DNA of 63,476 nucleotides, counting the filler, from an uncultured bacterium (GTDB lineage Bacteria > Latescibacterota > UBA2968), in NCBI GenBank assembly GCA_964471275.1. It is 5 parts of 5 records of this genome, joined end to end, with 100 filler letters (N's around TTAATTAATTAA, not from the genome) between each part and the next. Parts side by side here need not be neighbours in the genome. Positions count along the whole stretch, not along the records: positions 52,369 to 63,476 come from CAYYGZ010000159.1; 4 more parts are not named here. The stretch is one strand, 5' to 3'. Positions 52,369-62,003 of this stretch are shown here, one piece after another. Each line of letters starts with the position of its first letter. Positions within the stretch are counted from its first letter, which is position 1. The position numbers and the translations under genes are program-made. Under the pieces are notes generated by a model. The model was not told the origin of the DNA, did not search any database, and saw nothing but the letters and a program-made list of their open reading frames with translations.

Positions 52369-52575
52369 GAAACACGTCAGTTTCTATCCTCTGCAACTAA
52401 CCTCCAGTGCGCTCCGGACCTCGATGGAAGCAAAACCGTCGATTTCTCGGATTTCCTCATCTTCGCGGAAATGTTTTCGAGCCAGGATCTCCGCGCGGAC
52501 TTCAACGTTGACGGTGCCACAGACTTCAACGACTTCCTCATCTTTGCGGTCCGGTTCGGCCAAACTTGCCTCTGA
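52369..52575 (+). CDS. C-terminal dockerin-like double EF-hand of a truncated protein
   Basis: DLDGSKTVDFSDFLIFA...DFNVDGATDFNDFLIFA..FG; not in the ORF track. Confidence 0.8.
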   Translation, partial: ETRQFLSSATNLQCAPDLDGSKTVDFSDFLIFAEMFSSQDLRADFNVDGATDFNDFLIFAVRFGQTCL

Positions 52576-52909
52576 GTTGTTCTTCCAGGCTTCAGTCGAC
52601 AATTTCACTGCTTCGTGCACCATCACAAGGCCAGATTTACTTGGGAAACCTCGGTCGATCCACGCTATATTCGTGCGGTGGGACTAGGAAGCCATTACGT
52701 GCTGAGACGATACCCGCCAGCCGCTTCCAGGAGACTTCCGGCCAACCGTCGGAACGGGCCAGCACGAAGGTTCGAGACCGCCTGTCCGATGAACTCCGGG
52801 ACTGCGTGCGCAACCATCCGGGAGCTCGCAGCGTCCGGCACCCGTCCCGAGCGAAGCCAGGGGCGGTAGAGGTATTGCTGCTCTAAGATCAACTGATAAA
52901 GGAAAACCG

Positions 52910-53449
52910 ATGCGTGCGATCACGTTGATGCTGGCTCTCTGTATTCCGTCTCTGGTTACGGCGGAAATCACCGTGCCCACACTCCCGACCCCACCGACTC
53001 CGCCCGATATCGCGGGTCAGATCACATCTGAGGATCACGATCAGGAGAATCGAGCGGCCATTGTAATCACACGGATGGACAGCATTCGGTCGGCAATAGA
53101 GGAGCACCAACGACAGCTCTCAGATCTCAAGAAGGAGAGCACCCGCATCGAGGAGGAGTTGGCACCGGCGAGCGGACGCAACCGCGTCTACGCCCAGAAT
53201 GAGGTCGATCAAGAAGCCTACGCCATCCGGCGAAGTCTCCCTCAGCTGCCTGAATCGAGTCGAATTGATCTGGAGTTCATCGTCGCACCAGATGGGAGAT
53301 CGAGCAAGATTCACGTCGTATCTGGCCCGTCGTCATACACCGAGGCGATCACAGATGCCGTGGGGACGTGGCTTTATGTTCCGGCTCAGAAGGGCAACCG
53401 GCGCGTCCCTGTGCGTGTCACCACAAGCATCCGGCTGACCGACAACTAG
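52910..53449 (+). CDS. Exported protein with a TonB C-terminal-like domain
   Basis: AAGGA RBS, signal peptide, Pro-rich linker, coiled coil, FIV..DG...AV..W.Y.PA...G..V.V. Confidence 0.7.
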   Translation: MRAITLMLALCIPSLVTAEITVPTLPTPPTPPDIAGQITSEDHDQENRAAIVITRMDSIRSAIEEHQRQLSDLKKESTRIEEELAPASGRNRVYAQNEVDQEAYAIRRSLPQLPESSRIDLEFIVAPDGRSSKIHVVSGPSSYTEAITDAVGTWLYVPAQKGNRRVPVRVTTSIRLTDN

Positions 53450-53730
53450 ACCGTCCAGCACGCAGCCGTGTGGAATACATATGGATCGCCATTGGGGGCC
53501 GACCATCGCCGGGATAGCGTTCAGAAATGAGATCGGCGCCTTTAATCCTCCCTCGCAGGGACGACCGACAATTGCCCGAGGCCCCCGTCCGAATACATCG
53601 CTCTCGAAAGCGAGACGGGTGCCCCAGGATACACATCTCAACGAACCGTGCACCGCGACACCCCAACGGATGGCAGATCACACACCTTCGGCGCACGTTG
53701 CGCTGCTAGAAGGGGCCAGGGATACCAGAA

Positions 53731-54738
53731 ATGCTGAATTTCGCCTTTGCAGGATTCGGCCACGCACACATCCAGAGCCTCTACAAGCTCGTGACACAGA
53801 TGGAGCAGCTGAGCTTCGCTGGCGCCTCCGAGCCAGACCACGGCCTTCGGTCCGAGGTCACGAAGGCAGGAATCCCCGTCGCATACGAGTCTCTAGAACA
53901 GATGCTGGATACGGTGGACTGCGACGTCGTCGCGATCGGCGCCGCTTTTGGCGACCGTGGGGCACTCGCAATCGAGGCCCTGGAGCGGGGGAAACACGTC
54001 ATTGCGGACAAACCACTGTGCACACGAGGACCGGAGCTGGACGAAATCGAGCGGCTGGCATCAGAGAAGGGACTCCGACTTGGGTGCATGCTCACGCAAC
54101 GCGGATCGAAAACTTCGGATGGACTGCGCCGGCTCATCAGCCAGAGGAGGCTTGGCGATATTCACGCCATCACCTTCGGAGGTCAGCACCCGCTGAATCT
54201 GGATTCGCGACCTTCCTGGTACTTCGAGCCGGGCAGACACGGTGGGACAATTACCGACATATTTGTCCACGCCGCGGACAGCATCCCCTGGATCACCGGA
54301 CACGCGTTCGACCGAGTGCTGGCCGCGCGATGCTGGAACGCACTCGCCCCTCAGTATCCGCATTTCGAGGACGGCGCACAGTTGATGGTCACGCTCGACA
54401 ACGGATGCGGCGTCATTGGAGACGTCTCCTATTTCATGCCCTCCAAGGGGGGCTACAGCTTACCCTACTATTGGCGCACCACGTTCTTCGGATCAGAAGC
54501 GATCGCCGAGATCTCGGCAGTGTCGGATACCATCGATTTGACGGTGGAAGGCATCGTGAACTCAATTGCACCTGAGGGAACGGAGCCCGAGAACTACCTG
54601 TCCAGCTTTCTGGCCGATTTGGACGGGTCACCATCCAGCGGGAGTCTGACGACGGATGAAGTCATCCGTGCCACGAGAACGGCCATCCGGGTCCAGGAAG
54701 CCGCAGACAACAGCCGGTTCAATATCTCGCTCGCCTAG
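53731..54738 (+). CDS. Gfo/Idh/MocA oxidoreductase
   Basis: GKHVIADKP and GG.ITD..VH..D motifs. Confidence 0.9.
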   Translation: MLNFAFAGFGHAHIQSLYKLVTQMEQLSFAGASEPDHGLRSEVTKAGIPVAYESLEQMLDTVDCDVVAIGAAFGDRGALAIEALERGKHVIADKPLCTRGPELDEIERLASEKGLRLGCMLTQRGSKTSDGLRRLISQRRLGDIHAITFGGQHPLNLDSRPSWYFEPGRHGGTITDIFVHAADSIPWITGHAFDRVLAARCWNALAPQYPHFEDGAQLMVTLDNGCGVIGDVSYFMPSKGGYSLPYYWRTTFFGSEAIAEISAVSDTIDLTVEGIVNSIAPEGTEPENYLSSFLADLDGSPSSGSLTTDEVIRATRTAIRVQEAADNSRFNISLA

Positions 54739-54850
54739 ATTCTGTGGGGCTGCAGGTGAGCAGGTTCGGCGTCTGACCACCCGCGCCGAACGGAACATTG
54801 TATAAACCCAGCGCGTCACTTCTTCAGTGGCAGACCCTTGGCCGATCATC

Positions 54851-56095
54851 ATGCGTCTCTTCGAGATTGTCCTCATTCTCCTCTGCTTGTCCGATGGCTT
54901 TTCCCGAATCCGGTTCGCCGACCGAAGACCGATCTGGATTAGCATCATCCCGCTGGTATCGTTTCTATGCGGGATCATCCACGTCGCGGGGGAAGGGGCA
55001 CGTTGGCAGATGCTCCCGGTCTACCTTACCGTAGTGTCGACATTTGTGATGTTGCTCGTTCGCGCGTTCCAGACCGGAGAGATCCCCCTCGGCGCGGGCA
55101 AACGCTCTCGTCTTGCCGGGAAAGTCGAGATCATGCTCACCGCTCTGAGCATGATCTGTGGCACCGCACTCCCGGTCTTTGACATGCCGACCCCCACAGG
55201 AGATTATATCGTTGGCTTTCGTGACATCCACCTCAGCGAGCGAATCGTCATCCGTGTCCGGTATCCTTCGGACAAACCCGCCGGTATGCGCGCACCCTAC
55301 GGATTGGGCAACCTCGACGAACACCGGGTCTACCTGGCCGACCGGTTTGGCATCCCACCATCGCTTCTGGGCCATCTCTCACAGGTTCGAACCTACGCTT
55401 TTCCCGGAGCATCTCTCTCCCATGAGCTGCCTCGCTACCGCCTCTTGATCGGTGAACCCGAGACCGGTCGTCCATCCACACACGCGACCGGTCTTGCCGA
55501 CGACCTGGCGAGTCACGGATTCGTCGTCATCAGTCTTCTCGGCTCAGCAGTCAGCGACTCGGACAGTGCCCTCACCGTGGGAGCAGAGGCAATAGTGGAG
55601 CATCTCGAGGCCCTCGATCCACAGGGAAATGCAGGCTGGCTTGCCGACCGACTCGATCTCGCACGCGTCGGCATCTACGGATTCCATGCCGCGGGTGAGA
55701 CGGTTATCGATGCGTGCAGAGGAGGAACATTCCGAGCCGGCGCGGTCATCGGTTCACGGACAGAGCTGGGTAACCCGGATGTGCCGTTCCTCTACCTCCG
55801 ACCTGAAGACGTAGAGGGTAGGCCGCTCACCGAGGTGGTTGCCACAACCTATGTGGTCTCGGCCCGGGGAATGCTGACCGGCAACTTCGGCGATGACGCA
55901 CTCCTGTCTCCACTCATGCCCGCGCTGGGTTCGTTCGGAAGCATCGATCCATACCGGGGCAGCCGCATCACGAGCGCCTACCTGGGCGCCTTCTTCAACA
56001 AGCATCTCACGAGGGGAACCGTCGAACCGATCTTGGATGGGCCATCTGCCGAGTATCCCGAGATCTCCATCCAGATCCACGACTCTCAGGAATGA
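54851..56095 (+). CDS. Membrane-anchored alpha/beta-hydrolase-like protein (PAF-AH-like), catalytic motifs degenerate
   Basis: RWQM.P.Y, P.PTG.Y.VG, LASHGFVV and RLDL.RVG motifs; GFHAAG replaces GHSxGG. Confidence 0.65.
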   Translation: MRLFEIVLILLCLSDGFSRIRFADRRPIWISIIPLVSFLCGIIHVAGEGARWQMLPVYLTVVSTFVMLLVRAFQTGEIPLGAGKRSRLAGKVEIMLTALSMICGTALPVFDMPTPTGDYIVGFRDIHLSERIVIRVRYPSDKPAGMRAPYGLGNLDEHRVYLADRFGIPPSLLGHLSQVRTYAFPGASLSHELPRYRLLIGEPETGRPSTHATGLADDLASHGFVVISLLGSAVSDSDSALTVGAEAIVEHLEALDPQGNAGWLADRLDLARVGIYGFHAAGETVIDACRGGTFRAGAVIGSRTELGNPDVPFLYLRPEDVEGRPLTEVVATTYVVSARGMLTGNFGDDALLSPLMPALGSFGSIDPYRGSRITSAYLGAFFNKHLTRGTVEPILDGPSAEYPEISIQIHDSQE

Positions 56096-56144
56096 CGGGG
56101 CCGAACTGACCACCCCGATCCCGCACAGTTACATAGGACAAACT

Positions 56145-57398
56145 ATGAATCCCATATTAATCTCGTCTGACGGATCCGACCGCGCCACTGGCTACAACAT
56201 GAGCAGCAAGCTCATCCGGACGTCCGATGCGCTGTATGTGAGTTGGCTCGATGCCCCCTCTGAACCCGGAGATACCGCCAAAATCCGCTTGGGCACGCAC
56301 GATTCGAACACCGGTGAGCTCCGGTCTATCCAGACGCTCGGTGAAGGCATCGATAACCATTGTGGGGCAGCACTCGCGATGGATCGCGATGACCGGATGC
56401 ACGCCATCATCGGTCACCACCACGGACCTTTCCTGTATCGCTGGAGCGACAGTCCTGCGGATCCGGGAAGTTGGTGCGAGCCTGTCCCGCTTGGTCCCTA
56501 CGACACCTACCCGTCACTGACCATCGATGACGAAGGGACGCTCCACCTGGCACAAAGGGAGAAGGCCGATCGCTGGCAACTGTGGTATCGGCGTAAGAGA
56601 CAAGGGCAGGACTGGGAAACACCGGTGGCGATCGCCATCAGCCCGACACCGGGATATAACCACTACATGATGTCCCTTACGATCGGTCCGTCGGGTGTCC
56701 TGCACCTGACCTTCCAGTTTCATTTTACAGAATCTGGAAACGCGGCTGAATGCAGGGGAAGAGCGGCCGTATATCTGCGATCACTCGACGGTGGCGACAC
56801 GTGGTACGATGATGCCGACGAAATCGCGGTCCTGCCCGTAACGCTGGAATCGATGAAGGCCATTCGGTATGTCCCGGATGGCGGCGACGATCGACACGCG
56901 GTTCGGGTAGCAAACCACATCGTCGATGCACAGGAGCGTGTCTGGTTCTTCGCCCAGATCCAGGATGCCGAGGGTGGCATCATATACCGTCGCGACGCGA
57001 GTGGCTGGCGTGAATTCGATCTGGGCGCCATGACGGGAGGACTGAACCTCGAAGGCGGACGTTCATCCTCGCTATCACAGGATCCGGACGGGAGGATTCA
57101 TCTCACCTTCGGGACCAGCGGCGATGGCAGCCGTACGGCCTGGTTCGACCCGTCTCTCGAGATCTTTCACGTGTCCTTCGACCAGAACGGTAAGGATCAT
57201 CATTGCGCCCGACTCACAGGACCCGACGCCAGAGCGGCCAACTGGCTTCCCGCTCTGGAACAGTGGGACTGGAACCGCAAGGAAGTCTGCTGCTGCGATG
57301 GTCACTGGTTGACCTACACGCGCGGCCTCAATGCCGGCGGAATCAGCGGAAACAACAAGAGCGCCCTGAAGACCGAAGCCTACCTGACCCGCATCTAG
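56145..57398 (+). CDS. BNR_4-repeat protein
   Basis: DNH...LA.D....H, TYP and SLDGGDTW motifs. Confidence 0.7.
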   Translation: MNPILISSDGSDRATGYNMSSKLIRTSDALYVSWLDAPSEPGDTAKIRLGTHDSNTGELRSIQTLGEGIDNHCGAALAMDRDDRMHAIIGHHHGPFLYRWSDSPADPGSWCEPVPLGPYDTYPSLTIDDEGTLHLAQREKADRWQLWYRRKRQGQDWETPVAIAISPTPGYNHYMMSLTIGPSGVLHLTFQFHFTESGNAAECRGRAAVYLRSLDGGDTWYDDADEIAVLPVTLESMKAIRYVPDGGDDRHAVRVANHIVDAQERVWFFAQIQDAEGGIIYRRDASGWREFDLGAMTGGLNLEGGRSSSLSQDPDGRIHLTFGTSGDGSRTAWFDPSLEIFHVSFDQNGKDHHCARLTGPDARAANWLPALEQWDWNRKEVCCCDGHWLTYTRGLNAGGISGNNKSALKTEAYLTRI

Positions 57399-57722
57399 TG
57401 CGTCCAGTGTCATAGTGGCGTTGACACATTGAGCCAGTACGTAGGGTTAATTTGGGATCGCAGCTTTCTCTACACGCTGTTGATGACACGGGCTCGAACC
57501 TGGATCTGTCTCAGCCCCGGAACGGGGCGACCGTCGGTAGCCTGGGGTACGGCCGCGCGACCTGTCCGTCGAGAGCGGAGCAAAGACGGACTGCGGGGCA
57601 AGTCCCAGGGATGGACGGACGATCGTGAGCTGCGTCGCGATGATTTCTCGGAACCCGAAAAGAAATGCACCCGACGCGAATCGTGCAAACGCGTGAGGGA
57701 TCGCTCTGGAACGCGACACCAG
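57395..57722 (+). mobile_element. 328-bp CTAG/CCAG-bounded MITE-like foldback element, copy 2
   Basis: Homologous to 41795-42121; left CTAG overlaps the TAG stop of the upstream gene. Confidence 0.7.
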
Positions 57723-57877
57723 ATCAATCGCTCAATACTTCGTATCCGATCACCAACACTTCAGGGCTGCTCGATACGCATCTGTCCCGTCTTGAGAGCT
57801 TCGCTCGCACGTGACTGTATCTCTTGGTATTCACCATACACTTGTTGGTGCACGCCTTCGCCCTTCAGGAGTCACAT

Positions 57878-59185
57878 ATGCGATCCAAACCTAACATCGT
57901 AGTCATGTTCCTCGACGACTCCGGATGGGCAGACTTCCGTCCCTTCGGCGACACCCCATACCCCACACCCTTCGTCGAACAGCTTGCACGGGAGGGCTGC
58001 TGTTACCACCAGTTCTACGTTCCTCAGGCGATCTGTTCCGCTTCTCGGGCCTCACTCCTCACGGGATGCTACCCCGGTCGCCACAAGATCTACGGTGCCA
58101 TATCGCCGCGCTCACGGGGCCTCGACCCGGGCTTTGCGACCATCGCGGAAACGCTCAAGCCTTCGGGCTACGCCACCGGAGTATTTGGCAAGTGGCACGT
58201 TGGCGATCATCCTGAAACACGTCCGCCTGCCCGAGGCTTCGACGAGTCATCAGGCCTTATGTACTCGAACGACATGTGGAAACATCACCCGGAGTCGCGT
58301 CGGTTTGACAATTGGGAACTGCAGTTTTGGAGAAACGGTGAGATTGAAATCGATGATGTCTCACCCGAGCAGCAACGCTCACTGACCACCTGGTATACGG
58401 AGCACGCGGTCGACTTCATCGAGCGTCACGCGGACGAGCCGTTCTTCCTCTACGTGCCGCACAACATGCCGCACGTCCCGCTATTCTGCAGTGACAGGTT
58501 CAACGGTAGATCCGGTCACGGGCTGTATGCCGATGTCATGATGGAAATCGACTGGTCACTCGGCCAGATCACAAAGGCGCTTGAGACTGCTGGAATAGCT
58601 GATGACACGATCGTCATCTTCACATCCGACAACGGCCCCTGGATCTCCTACGGAAACCATGCCGGTGCGACGCCGTATCGCGAAGCCAAGGGAACCGGTT
58701 TTGACGGGGGCACACGCAGCGCGTGTGTCATGCGCATGCCGGGTCAGATTCCGGCAGGTTCGGTCTCACAGCAGGCATTCTGCTCCGTCGATCTCCTCCC
58801 GACATTCGCCGGCCTTGCGGAGGCTGACCTTCCGGAAAACCCGATTGACGGCGTTGATGTCTGGGACATCATCACCTGTACCGAAGGTGCCTCAAATCCG
58901 CACGAATACTACCCGGTGTCGACGGGTCGCAACTTCAATGGGGTGGTCAGCGGCGATGGCAAGTGGAAGCTGCATCTGCAGCACAAATACAGGACCCTCG
59001 CTGAGGCCGGATATGATGGCCAGCCCGGTCGCTACGAAGATGCCTTCATCGACCTCTCCCTCTTCGACATGGACAGGGATCCATACGAAACGACCAACGT
59101 TGTCGATCAACACCCGGAGATCGCCGATCAGCTGAAGCAATTCGCCGAACAACATCGTCAGAAATGGTGGATAGAGAAGTCGTGA
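57878..59185 (+). CDS. Arylsulfatase-like sulfatase (S1)
   Basis: CSASRASLLTG, GKWH, MPHVP and SDNG motifs. Confidence 0.92.
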   Translation: MRSKPNIVVMFLDDSGWADFRPFGDTPYPTPFVEQLAREGCCYHQFYVPQAICSASRASLLTGCYPGRHKIYGAISPRSRGLDPGFATIAETLKPSGYATGVFGKWHVGDHPETRPPARGFDESSGLMYSNDMWKHHPESRRFDNWELQFWRNGEIEIDDVSPEQQRSLTTWYTEHAVDFIERHADEPFFLYVPHNMPHVPLFCSDRFNGRSGHGLYADVMMEIDWSLGQITKALETAGIADDTIVIFTSDNGPWISYGNHAGATPYREAKGTGFDGGTRSACVMRMPGQIPAGSVSQQAFCSVDLLPTFAGLAEADLPENPIDGVDVWDIITCTEGASNPHEYYPVSTGRNFNGVVSGDGKWKLHLQHKYRTLAEAGYDGQPGRYEDAFIDLSLFDMDRDPYETTNVVDQHPEIADQLKQFAEQHRQKWWIEKS

Positions 59186-59266
59186 TACATCTGTCGGGCA
59201 GAACAGCGCCCAAAGGTGTCAACCTGACTTACCATCCCGATTTCGACAACTGATCGTTAGCAGGTT

Positions 59267-59317
59267 TCTCAGCCCCAGAACGGGGCGACCGCCGATAGCC
59301 TGGGGTTCGCCCCGCAG
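59267..59317 (+). repeat. Stand-alone REP-like double hairpin, the core of the 327-bp element
   Basis: TCTCAGCCCCAGAACGGGGCGACCGCCGATAGCCTGGGG nearly matches 57508-57547. Confidence 0.75.
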
Positions 59318-59445
59318 ACGATCTGGCACCCGTGATCAAGTTGATGTTCACCGGCCCTCCCTACCAGCTGGACTTTGAGAATGCCACTTGGCTGGATGGT
59401 GGCTACGTCTGCAGCTCACCTTAGAGTCGGCTCCGGGCACCCACA

Positions 59446-61764
59446 ATGACGAGTCGATTGACAGATGTCCTGATTGCTCTAACCCTGATCCTCTTGGTTG
59501 CCAACGTGACGACTGCCCTTCCTCAAAAGCCCGACCTCAGATGGGAAAAACACGATGGTGTCGCCATTCCTATTCCACCAGCCGAACATCCGCGTCTATA
59601 TCTCCGCGCACAGCATATCCCTGCGCTCAAGGAGCGCCTGTCTGACCCAATACTGAGCGAAGTCTGGCAGGATCTCGTCGAGATGAGCAAAGAGAGGGGT
59701 GTCGACGACGGGAGACAGAAAACGTGGCGTCACTACGTCCAACAGCGGGGAGCCTCGGTGAAGGCGGAAATGGATGCGCTTAGATACCTCGTGGACAAAG
59801 ACAAGGCAACAGGCCGACAGGCCATCGACTCGGCGCTTGGATTGATGCAAGAGGGGGATTGGCCGGACGTTCAGGACATTGCGCGCGCTTCGGGCCGGCT
59901 GATGGTCACGGGCGCTATCGTTTACGACTGGTGTCACGATCTCCTGAACGAGAAAGAGAAGAAGCTCTACATTGAGCAATTCATCCGTCTGGCGAAGACG
60001 CTCGAGTGTGGCTATCCACCGGTCAGACAGGGCTCAATCAACGGCCATTCTGCTGAGTGGATGATTTCAAGGGACTTGCTGTCGGCCGCCATCGCGATCT
60101 ACGATGAATTCCCGGAGATGTATCATCTCACGTCCGCTCGCTTTTTCGGAAAACACCTTCCTGTGCGCAATTGGTTTTACCCTGGCCACGCCTATCATCA
60201 GGGAACCGGATATGACAGGACTCGGCTCTCTTCCGACCTGTATCCACTCTGGATATTCGACCGGATGGGAGCCGGGAACATCTATCACCCCGGCCAGCAA
60301 TTCATCCCTTACCTGTTTCTCTATCGCCGACGTGGTGACGGACAGTTTCTCCCGAGCGGGGACGTCAACCCGACCCGGGTGAGACGGGCGCCGCTCGGCC
60401 TTCTGGGCATGTTGGCGGGCAGTTACTACCGGGACGAATACATCAACCACGAATTCCTGCAGCGTCCTTCCATCGACAGTCGTGACAAATTCTTCGAGTT
60501 CCTCTGGCGTGACACGCAGCTTGGCGAACGTCCGTCGGACGATCTGCCGCTGTCACGATACTTCGGATACCCCTTTGGCTGGGCGATCGCACGCACCGGG
60601 TGGGACGAAAACAGCGTGGTCGCCGAAATGAAGATCAACGTCTACAACTTCATCAACCATCAGCACCACGACGCCGGGGCATTCCAGATCTACTATCGCG
60701 GTCCTCTTGCCATTGATTCGGGCGCATACACGGGGTCCTCCGGTGGCTACAACAGTCCGCACAACAAGAACTACTTCAAACGCACGATCGCACACAACAG
60801 CCTGCTGGTGTACGATCCGGCCGAAGTATTCGAGAGCGGCGCGTATGGTGGACGCGATCGGACGCCCTTTGCCGCCAACGATGGCGGACAGCGGCTGAAC
60901 GGACCGCAGTGGGGCGCCCCACAGGATCTCGAAGACCTTCTGGACGGCAATTACAGGACAGGAGAAATCCTGGCACATGGGATGGGTCCTGACCAGAAGA
61001 CACCTGACTACACCTACCTGAAAGGTGACATCACCGAAGCATACAGCAGCAAGGTAGAGAGCGTCCGACGTTCGTTCTGCTTCCTGAACCTCGAAGATTC
61101 GGACATTCCGGCTGCCTTGATCGTGTTCGACCGTGTGGTCGCCGCCGATCCGGCGTTCGCAAAATACTGGCTTCTACACAGCATCGAAGAGCCTAGCATA
61201 GATGGAAATCGATCCACAATCACCCGCACAATGAACGGCGATACAGGGAAGCTGATCAACACGACGCTCCTGCCCGATAGGGAGAACGTGCAAATCGTGT
61301 CTGTAGGGGGTGAGGGGAAGGAGTTCTGGGTTTTCGGTGCGAATTACGCAAACACACGCTTGGACGAGCGCCCGGATGAAGCCAATGAACGTGGGAGTTG
61401 GCGGATCGAAATCACACCAGCCAGGCCCGAATCAGTTGATCTATTCATGAACGTCTTGCAGGTAACCGATAGCACGAATGAGGCCTTACTGGATGTGGAC
61501 CTTGTCGATGAAGAGACGGTCCTGGGGATACAGATCAAGGATCGCATCGTGACATTCAGCAAATCCGCCGAGATCATCGACCGTCCTTTCTCTCTGACGA
61601 TCCGGGACTCCGGAAGCCGCAGGATACTCCTCAGCGATCTACGCGAAGGAACCTGGCAGATCCTGAAGGACGGCAGCGTCTACCGAAACGCCCTCAAGGT
61701 CCAAAATGATGACCATTTACTCTACTTCGAAGGAGATACGGGCACATACACGTTCTGTCGGTGA
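59446..61764 (+). CDS. hepB: Heparinase II-like heparin/heparan-sulfate lyase (PL21)
   Basis: Signal peptide; PIPP..HPRLYLR, GH..EWMI.RDLLS, YHQG..Y and NHQH.DAGAFQIYY motifs as in Pedobacter heparinase II. Confidence 0.85.
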   Translation: MTSRLTDVLIALTLILLVANVTTALPQKPDLRWEKHDGVAIPIPPAEHPRLYLRAQHIPALKERLSDPILSEVWQDLVEMSKERGVDDGRQKTWRHYVQQRGASVKAEMDALRYLVDKDKATGRQAIDSALGLMQEGDWPDVQDIARASGRLMVTGAIVYDWCHDLLNEKEKKLYIEQFIRLAKTLECGYPPVRQGSINGHSAEWMISRDLLSAAIAIYDEFPEMYHLTSARFFGKHLPVRNWFYPGHAYHQGTGYDRTRLSSDLYPLWIFDRMGAGNIYHPGQQFIPYLFLYRRRGDGQFLPSGDVNPTRVRRAPLGLLGMLAGSYYRDEYINHEFLQRPSIDSRDKFFEFLWRDTQLGERPSDDLPLSRYFGYPFGWAIARTGWDENSVVAEMKINVYNFINHQHHDAGAFQIYYRGPLAIDSGAYTGSSGGYNSPHNKNYFKRTIAHNSLLVYDPAEVFESGAYGGRDRTPFAANDGGQRLNGPQWGAPQDLEDLLDGNYRTGEILAHGMGPDQKTPDYTYLKGDITEAYSSKVESVRRSFCFLNLEDSDIPAALIVFDRVVAADPAFAKYWLLHSIEEPSIDGNRSTITRTMNGDTGKLINTTLLPDRENVQIVSVGGEGKEFWVFGANYANTRLDERPDEANERGSWRIEITPARPESVDLFMNVLQVTDSTNEALLDVDLVDEETVLGIQIKDRIVTFSKSAEIIDRPFSLTIRDSGSRRILLSDLREGTWQILKDGSVYRNALKVQNDDHLLYFEGDTGTYTFCR

Positions 61765-62003
61765 TTGAAATCGGGGATCGAGTGCTCTTCGGAAGGGATA
61801 CAGGGGTAGGAATCAGGGCGGGCGTTGGCTCGCAGGCATTTCGCAGATGGCGTCGTCACTCCGTCAAGGCTGGCAGCACGCTCAGAACACCCGTGGGAAT
61901 GCCCGGCACCGACTCCGTCGAGCACATCGATGCGGTAGACACAAGAAGAGGGGAAAAGAGGCGCGCGAGGACGTTCGGTTCATCAGCAAGACCGGTCTCG
62001 GGG

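Noticed and set aside
52780..52870. Hammerhead-like CCGATGA...CGAAG
   Set aside because: Does not match the CUGAUGA/GAAA core, and the three stems are not supported
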